Assembly (NCBI GenBank): GCA_964016885.1
Contig: OZ024745.1
Span: 84,878,001-84,942,000 of the forward strand
Length of the DNA stretch: 64,000 bases
Origin: Eledone cirrhosa
Lineage: Eukaryota
Reading direction: 5' to 3'
This document shows positions 13,887-30,820 of this stretch, in pieces; the stretch's first letter is position 1; the number at the start of each line of letters is the position of its first letter. The notes beneath the pieces were generated by a model. It saw only the letters and a program-made list of their open reading frames with translations. It had not been told where the DNA came from and searched no databases. The position numbers were made by a program, and so were the translations under genes.

Positions 13887-16800
13887 ATACTTTGGGAGGG
13901 TCATGTTGCCAATAAGAAACACACGCACCAGTTGCTTTCACTTCAATTTATTATAATAAATTTATAATAAATTTATAAATTTATAAATTTCTGGTTGGTT
14001 GGTTCCACAACCAGATAGTTGTTTATATATTGTCATAGTTCTTTCGTCACACACTCTGTGACCTCTTTAGTGACTGGGGATTCCTTTCTTTGTTTTTGTG
14101 CCTCTCCTTTGTTCTGTGTGTGTGTTGTGTGCTCAGTCTGCGCATGCGCCACATCCGGGTGTCTGTGTGTGTTTATGTTCATTTATTTATTTGTTTATTT
14201 ACATGTTACTGGTTGGTTGTTTGTTTTATGTGTGTGTGTGTTTTCATTTTGTCCTTAATTGTAAGTTGTGATGTTCTGTTCCACTCATATTTTCTATTTA
14301 ATTTTGGTTGTAATTCTTTTATGTTTATTGCCTCTGTGATTTGTCTAAAGATTGCATCTTTTCTGTGTGTAGATTCTATTTTTATTTCTATGTTCTCTAA
14401 TCTACCCTTGTGTTCTATTTTAGCATGTTGGTAGAGTACAGATGATTTTTACTATCTTGAAGGTCTCGCCAGTGTTCATTTATCCGTTCCCCTACACTAC
14501 GAACTGTCTCACCTATGTACACTATATTTTTGTCTCTACATTGTCCTTCAGTACATCTTATACTATACACTACATTTCTAGTTATACAGTTAATATGGGG
14601 GCTTATCTTACAGGTTATACATTTCTTATCTATACATGAGGGTCTTTGAAAAGGGTATGTCTTGCTAATAAGTGTTTTTACGGAGGTATCTGGTCTTTCT
14701 ATTGAGTTTATGTTTATCTAGGGCCCTTCTAAATTTGTAAGCTAATTCACCTCTAGGGGTTGTATCGATGAACATTACACTCTGGTATTTATTGCTATCA
14801 TACCATGAGTTTATTCTATTAGCCTTGTTCCTAGTTCTTTCTATTCTATTCCAAAATTTGCTTCTATACAAGGGGCAGGTCTCATTTATGTCATTATTTA
14901 CCATTTTTTCCCATTTGGTTCTGACTCTGATTTTATCTCTCTGATTGTAGCCAGAGAACTGCATACGGTGGATGAAGTGTTGTATGTGTCTCTCTAGTTC
15001 TTCGGGGTTGCACATGCGGGACACGTTTCTCATCACCCGTACCAAATCCTCAATCAGTATGTTGATTTTGGTATGGTCCGAAACGGCCGAGTTTCGGTGG
15101 ATCAGATGTTTGGAAGTCATGGGTTTGGCATAATGGGAAATGGTATCTAACCAGAGCTATTTGTCTAGTACAGGTAATCGATGGTTGGGGTGTTTACTTG
15201 GGTAGTATATAGTAACTCTAATGCTCTGGTGGATGGAGTTAGCTATTTGCTGGATGCTTTCCATTGTGTTTTTCTCTAGTTCCTGACTGTTCTCTAGTGG
15301 GGGTGTCTTAACTACGATGTTTATATCATCAACGTAGCGGGAGTACATTATCAGGGTTAAGGGGGATTCTAATTGTTCTTTAAGTTTAAGTTTAAGTCTA
15401 CTGTCCCACCATACCATGAATAAGTTAGCTATGTCGCCTGCAATGCTAACACCAATGGCTGCTACTTCTTCTTGGGCATATGTTTTTACATTAAATTTGA
15501 ACATATGTTCCTTAAGGGTTAGTTTTATGCTGGCCCCTACCGCATGTGCAATCATTTTCTTCAGTTCATCGTGGTTTTCGGGTGTCCGTATGGCTCTGGT
15601 CCACCCGTTCCATCTATCTGTGTGGGTTTTCTTGGCCATTAAGGTAATGGTAGGTGGTCTGCCTCTTGCAGGTCTTGTAGGGCACAGGTTGCTAAGGTCA
15701 TATGTGTCTAGGTAAATATTACTATACGTAAGTTTAAGTAGGAGTCCCAGCTCACTGGTATCAATCCCACGGAACTCAACATTGCTCTCACTGATCATTT
15801 CTACGCATTTGTCCACAGCAAAATCCACGTCAATAGATGGATACAGGGACACAAACATCTATACTACCTATTATGCAGTTTGTTAGGTCCCTAGATCGGT
15901 TACCCTCGCCGATTCTGCTGAGGAAGTCCTCCGTGCTGTCACATACATCTGGGGACATTTCAATGATGGGGCGTATGATCAGGGAGAAGAAGTAGGAGAG
16001 TCTGTAGTTACTAGCAATGTTAGCTCCACAGACTGGCTGTGTTGGTGGTCCCGCGACAGGGACACTGCCCGTTTTATGGTCTTTTCGAAGCCCATACAAC
16101 GCCGGCACGTCATTGTCCCAGGCCTGGAAGGTGTTGGCAGTCCTTTTGTTGGGCTGCATTATATTCGTCCACATCACCATATGGGCATTGAGGGCCTTTT
16201 CTCTATCCTCATGCTCCTGTGGTGTTACCTCTCTTGTGTTAGTGATATGGGGTTGCATTGCCTGGATGTAGTTTGGCAGGCTGTCAACCGACATTCTGCC
16301 AGACTTGTCTGTTGGAAAGCATGCTATCTCTCCATTATGTGAGCGCTGCATGAGCTTACGCAAGCCATTTGCAGATTTTTCTCCCAGTTGCTGGGCCTCC
16401 ATTCTATTATGCTTCTTGCTATACTGTTCTATAATATTTCTAAGTTCGGATCTAGCTATACTAAATTGTACTTCTGTTTGTTCATCGACCTGCGACGGCA
16501 ATTGCGTGCGTTTGTTAAATGGTAAAGTCGTGGCGTGGACTCGTCGCAGGTCGAACGATTTATCCGAGGGATTATAGAAAGTAGAGTTCCAGGCTGCTGC
16601 TTTATGTGTACTAGTGCTATTGTTATTGTTAGTTGTGTTGTTTCTATTTCTATTTCCACCAACAGCCTCATGGTTGTTTCTATGTCTCTCATAATTACTC
16701 CTGTCTCTTTCCACTGGCTCATTGTTGTTATCTACCCTATTTTGTGTGTCTGTGTGTTCGTCTTGGTTATTTTCTTTGTCCTTAGTCTCCCATCTCCTTT

Positions 16801-18095
16801 TCCTTTTAATCCTATTACTTTCCCTTATTTCTGTGATTTCTGTGCTACTGTCATTACTTGTTTTCTATGTCTGTGTGTTTGTTAAGATTGTGGTGGTGGT
16901 GAGAGGCATTGAATGTGTGTGTGTTGTTGTTGTTGATGTGTGCTGTTGTTGATGTGTGTTGTTGTTGTCTCCGTGTGTGTTATTATTGTTGTGTGTGTTG
17001 TTATTGTTGTTTGTGTCTGCGTGTCTGTTGTTGTTGTTTCTGGGTATGTTATTATTGTTGTTGTTGTTGTTGTTGTTATTGTTGTTGTTGTTGTTGTTGG
17101 TGTGTGTGTTGTTGTCATTGTTGTTTGTGTCTGTGTGTCTGTTGTTGTTGGGATGTGTGTTGTATATGTGTGTGCGTATATTGTTACTTTTGTTTTTGTT
17201 TTTGTGGCTCCAGCGTAGTTTTGTAAATGATTTTTCTATTTCTGACAGACAACTAATCATATTTACCTTCTTGAATGTCGCAAATTTCGGTGGTAGACGT
17301 AATACAGATAACTCATCGTCATCTATTACCGTGTTGCCGTATATATTTGTGTTGTTGTTGTTGTTGTTGAACTCATCTGTTAATGAGGTGTCGGCCATAT
17401 TTATACCGTCAATTTTGTCGGGATATCTATTGGTATTCTCTACAGTATCCTGATTTAGCTTAATCTGCTTAAGCCACTTTAGTTTCTTGTTAAAGTGCTT
17501 ATCACATTCTTGAGTAATGTACTGTACTTCAGGACGTATAAGGCTTATAAATATTAGTTTCTCTCTTGGTGTGGTCATCCTAGCTATTTCTTGTATTAGG
17601 TTATGCTTATGTTTTTCTTGATGACTTAATTCTCTATAGATCTTCTTTTTTATGTTTAGAATTAGTGTTCGTTTTAGCCTATCTGCTTGTTTTTTGGTGA
17701 GTTGTAATCTTCTTACGTCGGTGTTGATGGTGTTGGTGTAAACTCGGGACGAGGCATATTCTTTTATGAAGTGTAGTTGTCGAGATGTTATGGTTTTTCG
17801 TAGAACATGGTGGTTTTCAGTATCTTGTTAGCCTGGCTAAGGCTTACGACATTTCGTTTCTGAATTTGTTTAGCAAGATTCTTTATTTGAAATCGTGTGT
17901 TGAAACCGATATTGTTATACTTTGGGAGGGTCATGTTGCCAATACAAAACACACGCACCAGTTGCTTTCATTTTCAATTTATTATAATAAATTTATAATA
18001 AATTTATAAATTTATAAATTTCTGGTTGGTTGGTTGGTTCCACAACCAGATAGTTGTTTATAAATTTTCATAGTTCTTTCGTCACACACTCTGTG
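13881..18095 (-). mobile_element. Full-length decayed PLE, 'family B', with pseudo-LTRs at both ends
   Basis: Broken ORFs 16865-17578, 15830-16714 (PTDKSG, LYGLRKDHK), 15157-15858 (SLYPSI, YSRYVDD), 14665-15120, GIY-YIG ~14260-14640; pLTR repeated at 13881-14060 and 17910-18095; 3' HHR core mutated (CUAAAGA). Confidence 0.92.
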
Positions 18096-18100
18096 CGTGT

Positions 18101-19168
18101 GTGACTTCCAAACATCTGATCCACCGAAGCTCGATCGTTTCGGACCATACCAAAATCAACATACTGATTGCGGATTTGGTACGGGTGATGAGAAACGTGT
18201 CCCGCATGTGCAACCCCGAAGACCTAGAGAGACACATACAACACTTCATCCACCGTATGCAGTTCTCTGGCTACAATCAGAGAGATAAAATCAGATTGTA
18301 TAGAGGAGCCAGAACCAAATGGGAAAAAATGGTAAATAATGACATAAATGGGACCTGCCCCTTGTATAGGAGCAAATTTTGGAATAGAATAGAAAGAACT
18401 AGGAACAAGGCTAATAGAATAAACTCATGGTATGATAGCAATAAATACCAGAGTGTAATGTTCATCGATACAACCCCTAGAGGGGTATTAGCTTACAAAT
18501 TTAGAAGGGCCCTAAACAAACATAAGATAGTAAAGAATCATCTGTACTCTACCAACATGCTAAAATAGAACACAAAGTTAAATTAGAGAACATAGAAATA
18601 AAAATAGAATCTACACACAGAAAAGACGCAATCTTTAGACAAATCACAGAGGCAATAAACATAAAAGAATTACAACCAAAATTAAATAGACAATATGAGT
18701 GGAACAGAACATCACAACTTACAATTAAGGACAAAATGAAAACACACACACACATAGAACAAACAACCAACCAGTAACATGTAAATAAACAAATAAATAA
18801 ATGAACATAAACTGACACAGACACCCGGATGTGGCGCATGCGCAGACTGAGCACACAACAGACACACAGAAACAAAATGGCGTAGGACAGAACAAAGGAG
18901 AGGCACAAAAACAAAGAAAGAAATCCCCAGTCACTGAAGAGGTCACAGAGTGTGTGACGAAAGAACTATGACAATATATAAACAACTATCTGGTTGTGGA
19001 ACCAACCAACCAACCAGAAATTTATAAATTTATTATAATAAATTGAAGTGAAAGCAACTGGTGCGTGTGTTTCTTATTGGCAACATGACCCTCCCAAAGT
19101 ATAACAATATCGGTTTCAACACACGATTTCAGATAAAGAAATTTGGTAAACAAATTCAGAAACGAAAT

Positions 19169-19169
<1 letters not shown>
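18101..19169 (+). mobile_element. Inverted 3' portion of family B PLE joined to the 5' end of the previous element; internal deletion in EN
   Basis: ORF 18101-18568 nearly identical to 14665-15120; pLTR with HHR. Confidence 0.92.
18929..18973 (+). ncRNA. Minimal hammerhead ribozyme (family B)
   Basis: GUCA-CUGAAGA-G-GUCACA-GAGUG-UGUGAC-GAAAG-AA-CUA-UGAC. Confidence 0.8.
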
Positions 19170-19260
<91 letters not shown>

Positions 19261-19265
<5 letters not shown>

Positions 19266-19775
19266 CTAAATAAAGATGGCGTAGAAAATACAATGCAACA
19301 GGAGGAAACAATAGCACCACTGACGATGTTGCAGATGTGCAACGAAAGAACTTTGATAAACTATATATATGTGTTTGTGTCTATATTGTATCTGTATTAT
19401 TTTTGACCGTTGGTCAGTCAATGGCAACATTGAGGACTGAATAAATTAGATTACCGATATAAAAGACACAGAAGCGAAAAGCGAAAACCAACCAAACAGT
19501 GAGTGTGTTCTGTTATTAATTCTGGCAATATTATACAATACTATACAAATAAGGGCGGTGGATTGGCAGTATCGGTAGAGGGTCGGACGCCATGCTTTCA
19601 AGCATAGTTACGTCCCTTTACGATCTGAGTTCAAATCCCGCCGAGGTTGACTTTGCCTTTCATCCTTACGGGGTCAATAAAATAAAGTACCAGTAATGCA
19701 CTGGGTATTTGCTGGCCTTGTGCCTAAAGTAGAAACAAATATTATACAAATATGACCCTCCCCAAGTATAACATT
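19261..19775 (+). mobile_element. Solo pLTR of a diverged family-B relative, interrupted by a SINE
   Basis: aagatggcg motif, HHR 19316-19357 (CUGACGA-U-GUUGCA-GAUG-UGCAAC-GAAAG-AA-CUU), ends in atgaccctccccaagtataaca like family B. Confidence 0.7.
19551..19740 (+). mobile_element. tRNA-derived SINE
   Basis: A/B boxes; flanking duplication tatacaaata. Confidence 0.9.
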
Positions 19776-19820
19776 ATATATATATGTATATATATATCTA
19801 TGTATATATATATATCTATG

Positions 19821-19905
<85 letters not shown>

Positions 19906-19910
19906 ATTTA

Positions 19911-22890
19911 TTTAAATAGCAGATTAAAGTTTAAGCAAAGAATCGCTGCTTTCACCCTTAACGGGCTCTTCTGAAACTAACAAAGTCTATCTGTAAACGC
20001 AGAACTGGATATTTCAAAAAACGTTGCAACCGGAGGAAGACAGGAAGACGATACTTTGGTTCGTGGAAACGTTCGCTGGCAAAGAACGGGAAAAAACGAA
20101 TATAATACGTCATTAACAGGAGCGGTGAAAAACAATTACGCGCAAAGACAGAACCACGTTAATGGTATAAAAGAGGTCGTAGACTAATGTTCTCTTAGGT
20201 GGTGCAGAGAGACGTTCTCTGGCAATAAGGATCACAAATCCGATTTTCCGAACAACCCCTCTATTCGGCTCATTAACCCTACGAAGTCCGATTTAGGTAG
20301 ACTTAGTAAAACGATTCTTGATAGAATTATACCTGAAATTAGAAGTTTGGCCCCTCTTGCACTGTGGAACAATTCTTTCGCGGTGATTGATTGGTTCAAC
20401 GGCATATGTAACAAGGAACATTGCCGTTTTATCCAATTCGACATCAACATTTACTACTCCTCCATCACTTTACCACTTCTCCTTAGAGCTGTCAATTTCG
20501 CTAAAACACTCACAGTGGTTAAGGATTTCGAAGTTGATGTCATCCTCAATGCCCGAAAGTCGGTGATTAATTTCGACGACTCTATTTGGATGAAAAAATC
20601 CAATAGTACCCCATTCGACGTGAGTATGGGCGCCAGTGATTCTGCGGAGGTCACTGATCTTATTGGCCTTTTCCTTATTTTCTCTATCAAGGACGAATTC
20701 CCCAACGCGGGCGGTGGTTTGTACCGTGACGATGGTCTTTTGACCATGACTAAGTGCGGACCTCGTGCTTGCGACAGGTTCAGAAAAGAACTCACAGCCT
20801 TCTTTAAAGGCTTCAACCTCTCTATACAGGTTGAGGCCAATCTCTCGGTCGTTAATTACCTCGACGTTACCCTCAATTTATTGAATGGGTTGTATTACCC
20901 GTATAGAAAGCCGAATGATATGCTTAATTACATAAGTAAGCATTCCAACCATCCTGCCAGCATAACCAAGAACCTGGTAAGAAACGTTTCGTTGAGGCTT
21001 TCCCGTCTTTCCACCAACGAACGTATTTTCAACGACCATTCCACTTATTACAATGATGCTCTTGCTTGAAGTGGATTTTGTCGATAAGGTAGCATATACA
21101 GAGTACGAAAATAGACCTAGAAGTAATAGACCCCGTCGCATTTGTTGGTATAACCCACCATATAATATGGAGGTCGCCACACCATTAGCTAAGCTCTTTC
21201 TTTCCCTTATTACGAAGCATTTTCCCCCTACACATAAATATAGTAAAATTTTTAATAGAAATACTATTAAAATTTCTTACTCTACGACTCCTAACCTTGC
21301 ACATAACATCACAGCTTCAAATTTAGCTAAACCGTAGGAACACGTGCAACCCTGTAGTTAGTAGTAACTGTAATTGCAGGAATCGGGCTGATTGCCCCCT
21401 ATCCGGGAAATGCCTCTCTAGTAACATTGTCTACAAATGTAAGGTTGTAACACCCACGTCCCGTAGGGCATACATAGATTTAACCGCCAATAGTTTCAAG
21501 CAGCGTCTTTACATGCATACCCATTCTTTTCGTTACCCTCTAAGAAGGAATATGACGTCACTTTCAGCTTATATCTGGAGTCTGAAAGATAACCACACCC
21601 AATATAAGTTACACTAGGAGATCCTAGCTAGGGCTAGATCGTATAACGGAAATAAAAGACCATGTGACCACTGCGCCGCTGAGGCCCTGGAAATATTCTA
21701 CGCCACAGACCACATCTTAAACAAAAAATCTGAGGCAATTCCGGCTTGTAAACATAAATTGCACAAAGCTTTCCTGTATTACAGCCCCACGTTATACCCT
21801 AACGGGTAGTACGATCTATACGTGGATATTTTACGTCTTGATGTGGGAGCTAAGTATATGTTTTGTTTATACCTTTACTTATTTGCATAGGTAAGGTATA
21901 TATTACCCGTTTGTTTTGTGAAGGTACGTATACCTTCTCGTACGTATATTTGATTGTTATGGTGTATAATTTTATATATTCTGGTACATATGGTTTGGCT
22001 ATGTGTATACGGGAGTTTTGCGTCTGTGTGAGTATGCAGGATCGTACGTATGGTGGGTGTGTGTATATGTGTACTTCATGTTTTGGTTGACTTTCGTCTC
22101 CGAACATTCGTGTGTTTATATGAAGGTATGTGTGTGCGCTTGTTATATACGTATTTATTTATTTATATACCTTTATATAATTATTTATTTATTTGTATAC
22201 ACGCATACACATACACACATATTTATATGTGCGGGGTTTTGTATAACTATGGTAAGTTTTTGCGTATGCTCGTGTATGTACGTTTTCTTTTGCATGTATG
22301 TATTTATTTGTTTCTATTACTTCTGTATTGTATTTATTTACTTTTTTCATAACTCTGTAGCGGCGATTCATTTGTTCTCCTTGTTAGAATTTTAGTCTAC
22401 GACTTCGGCTATACCATTTACGTGGTTTTGTCTTTGCGTGCTACTGTTCTCCACGCTCCACATATGACGTATTATCTTCGTTTTTTCGTTCATTGCCAGA
22501 GAACGTCTCTCTGCACCATCTAAGAGAACATTAGTCTACGACCTCTTTTATACCATTAACGTGGTTCTGTCTTTGCGCGTAATTGTTTTTCAGCGCTACT
22601 ATTAATGACGTATTATATTCGTTTTTTCCCGTTCTTTGCCAGCGAACGTTTCCACGAACCAAAGTATCGTCTTCCTGTCTTCCTCCGGTTGCAACGTTTT
22701 TTGAAATATCCAGTTCTGCGTTTACAGATTGACTTTGCTAGTTTCAGAAGATCCCGTTAAGGGTGAAAGCAGCGATTCTTTGCTTAAACTTTAATCTGCT
22801 ATTTTAATAAATATTTGCTCTACGGTTCTTATATATTTGATATATATTTATCCTTATCGAGCCCTCTTTGGATTTTAGTCTTCAAATTTA
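19911..22890 (+). mobile_element. 5'-truncated PLE (YRDD type) with inverted pLTR at its 5' end
   Basis: RT 20230-21069 (GGGLYRDD), 21053-21337, GIY-YIG ~21365-21790 with stops; 19911-20223 is the reverse complement of ~22494-22810. Confidence 0.92.
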
Positions 22891-22897
22891 TTATTAT

Positions 22898-25020
<2,123 letters not shown>

Positions 25021-25057
25021 ATCTATGTATATATATATGTATATATATATCTATATC

Positions 25058-25142
<85 letters not shown>

Positions 25143-25175
25143 CTATATCTATATATATGTATATATATCTATATC

Positions 25176-25346
<171 letters not shown>

Positions 25347-25387
25347 CTATGTATATATATATATATATATATGAAATATATGAAATA

Positions 25388-27631
<2,244 letters not shown>

Positions 27632-27734
27632 CTATATCTGTGTATATATATATGTATATATATCTATATCTATGTATATATATATATGTATATATATATA
27701 TATCTATGTATGTATATGTATATATCTATCTATC

Positions 27735-27917
<183 letters not shown>

Positions 27918-29097
27918 AGAGAAAAACACAATGGAAAGCATCCAGCAAAAAGCAAACTCCATCCACCAGAGCATTAGTGTTACTATAGACTACCCAAGTA
28001 GACACCCCAACCATCGATTACCTGTACTAGACACAGAGCTCTGGTTAGATACCATTAACAACCAAAAACAAATCCTCTATTCCCATTATGCCAAACCCAT
28101 GACTTCCAAACATCTGATCCACCGAAACTCGGCCATTTCGGACCATACCAAAATCAACATACTGATTGCGGATTTGGTACGGGTGATGAGAAATGTGTCC
28201 CGCATGTGCAACCCAGAAGAACTAGAGAGACACATACAACACTTCATCCACCGTATGCAGTTCTCTGGCTACAATCAGAGAGATAGAATCAGAGTGTATA
28301 GAGGAGCCAGAACCAAATGGGAAAAAATGGTAAATAATGACATAAATGAGACCTGTCCCTTGTATAGGAGCAAATTTTGGAATAGAATAGAAAGAACTAT
28401 GAACAAGGCCAATAGAATAAACTCATGGTATGATAGCAATAAATACCAGAGTGTAATGTTCATCGATACAACCCATAGAGGCGAACTAGCCTACAAATTT
28501 AGAAGGGCCCTAAATAAACATAAACTCAATATTAAGATAGTAGAAAGACCAGGTACCTCCGTAAAAACACTTATTAGCAAGACATACCCGTTTCAAAGAC
28601 CCTCATGTATAGATAAGAAATGTATAACCTGTAAAATAAGCCCCCATATTAACTGTAAAACTAGAAATGTAGTGTATAGCATAAGATGTACTGAAGGACA
28701 ATGTAGAAACAATAATATAGTGTACATAGGTGAGACAGCTCGTAGTATAGGGGAACGAATAAATGAACACTGGCGAGACCTTCAAGATAATAAAGAATCA
28801 TCTGTACTCTACCAACATGCTAAGATAGAACACAAGGGTAAATTAGAGAACATAGAAATAAAAATAGAATCTACACACAGAAAAGATGCAATGTTTAGAC
28901 AAATTACAGAGGCAATAAACATAAAAGAATTACAACCAAAATTAAATAGAAAATATGAGTGGAACAGCAACATCACAACTTACAATTAAGGACAAAATGA
29001 AAACACACACACACATAGAACAAACTACCAACCAATAACATGTAAATAAATAAATAAATAAACAAGTAGATAAATGAACACAAACACACACAGACAC

Positions 29098-29156
29098 CCG
29101 GATGTGGCGCATGCGCAAACTGAGCACACAACACACACACAGAAACAAAATGGCGT
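29098..29156 (+). promoter_or_regulatory. Putative pLTR promoter motif cluster (ETS-, NRF1- and YY1-like)
   Basis: CCGGATGT, GCGCATGCGCA and AAAATGGCG 50-110 bp upstream of the HHR; largely retained in other family B copies. Confidence 0.5.
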
Positions 29157-29201
29157 AGGACAGAAGAAAGGAAAGGCACAGAAACAAAGAAAGGAATTCC
29201 C

Positions 29202-29246
29202 AGTCACTGAAGAGGTCACAGAGTGTGTGACGAAAGGACTATGACT
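29202..29246 (+). ncRNA. Minimal hammerhead ribozyme (family B)
   Basis: AGUCA-CUGAAGA-G-GUCACA-GAGUG-UGUGAC-GAAAG-GA-CUA-UGACU. Confidence 0.85.
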
Positions 29247-29554
29247 ATATATAAACAACTATCTGGTTGTGGAACCAACCAACCAACCAGAAATTTATAA
29301 ATTTGTAGATTTGTAAATTTATAAATTTATAAATATATAATAAATTGAAGTGAAAGCAACTGGTGCGTGTGTTTCTTATTGGCAACATGACCCCCCCAAA
29401 GTATAACTATATACATATGTATATATATATATAAATATGTATTCTGTCTCTTATATATTCCATGTGCCATTACCAACCTCAATTTTCTCTATAACCTTCG
29501 TTTTGTGTAGAAAATTACACTTTTCATATATACTAACCTACGCAAATCCGGAAA

Positions 29555-30820
29555 ATGGCACTGGAACAAGACAACACCACTTCAAACTCCAATATCAATG
29601 AGGAAATCCTGAAAATCCTAAAAGAGATAAATGGAAAACTCACCATTCTGACAAAAAAACAGGATATACCCCAAACCACCACACCGACTGACAACCAAAT
29701 TTATTTAAACGTTCAAAACGTATGCAACTCCATCGAAAAACTTATGAATACCAACACAGAACAAACGACATTGCTCCATATCAAAAACCAAATGGGACAC
29801 CTCTGGAAAAAACATCTAAACACCAGAAAATTCACTTTCTGGAATATGATAAAAAACCTCAACAAAGCTGGAATTTACCAAAAATGGATTAACTCAACAC
29901 CGATAGTTTTACCACGTAAATTCCAAATAAAGCATATTACCAACGAACCTGAACCAGAAAGAAAACTCCGTGAACAAATGTCACTCAACAGGATAAACAT
30001 GGAAATAGAACTCCTAAAATTAAGGGCCACCTCAAACGAGCAAGAGTATAAGGATACTGATAAAAATATGGAGGAAGAATGCACTAAAAAGGCCGAGGGA
30101 ACAACCCTACAAAATTTAATCAAATCGTGGAAACAGGACTGCGAGAATGCAGAAACTATTTCCCTTAAACGGTGGGAAAAATCCGAAAACTGGTTCCTCA
30201 AATATGAAGAAGACTTTAAAAGGACGCACCAAACAGGTAACCCCTTTATAAAGCATTTGAACATAACAAGAACTACAACAGACACATTTACACCACCAAA
30301 CCCAACACACACTAACCACAGGCACATCCCCCACCAACACAAACCAAATACGGCCAACTACACCAAAAGAAACACACCCAACCACCACAACACAGGTTTC
30401 CGTAGAAATGCCCCCTACATAAACCAACGACGAAATAACATAGATCCAACTCACAACACACACACCACATTCCTCAGAAGAAATCCACCCAGGCCACTTG
30501 AAATCACAACAGAACTTACCCACAACCACACCAGACATCACCCTCAATCCAACAAAAGACAACCCCCCAGCCTCAACACTCTGTACCACAGAAATAACGC
30601 ACCCAGACCACATGAACCAACAACAGAACCCTTGCTCATCAACAACCACAACACATACCACCCCCACCATCACATTCACCCTCATGAAACAACAAGCTAC
30701 AGACCCACACGCAACAGACCAACAAAATATAATCACACACAAAACTACATTCCTTTTTTAGGGAAAAGCCTGAAATACCAGGATACTCGATGGCCCCTCC
30801 TCAGGAGAAACCAAAAATAA
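29555..30820 (+). CDS. PLE ORF1: helical/coiled-coil-like N-half and H/T/N/P-rich low-complexity C-half
   Basis: 421-aa ATG-started ORF directly after the terminal repeat, overlapping ORF2. Confidence 0.85.
   Translation: MALEQDNTTSNSNINEEILKILKEINGKLTILTKKQDIPQTTTPTDNQIYLNVQNVCNSIEKLMNTNTEQTTLLHIKNQMGHLWKKHLNTRKFTFWNMIKNLNKAGIYQKWINSTPIVLPRKFQIKHITNEPEPERKLREQMSLNRINMEIELLKLRATSNEQEYKDTDKNMEEECTKKAEGTTLQNLIKSWKQDCENAETISLKRWEKSENWFLKYEEDFKRTHQTGNPFIKHLNITRTTTDTFTPPNPTHTNHRHIPHQHKPNTANYTKRNTPNHHNTGFRRNAPYINQRRNNIDPTHNTHTTFLRRNPPRPLEITTELTHNHTRHHPQSNKRQPPSLNTLYHRNNAPRPHEPTTEPLLINNHNTYHPHHHIHPHETTSYRPTRNRPTKYNHTQNYIPFLGKSLKYQDTRWPLLRRNQK
30754..30760 (+). other. Putative -1 ribosomal frameshift heptamer U_UUU_UUA
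   Basis: CCT TTT TTA GGG AAA in the ORF1 frame; the -1 frame is open from 30733 into ORF2. Confidence 0.8.

Noticed and set aside
21067-21069. TGA ending a PLE ORF as possible selenocysteine (Naiad-like)
   Set aside because: The ORF continues in another frame, the EN is C-terminal rather than N-terminal, and no SECIS is evident; ordinary decay
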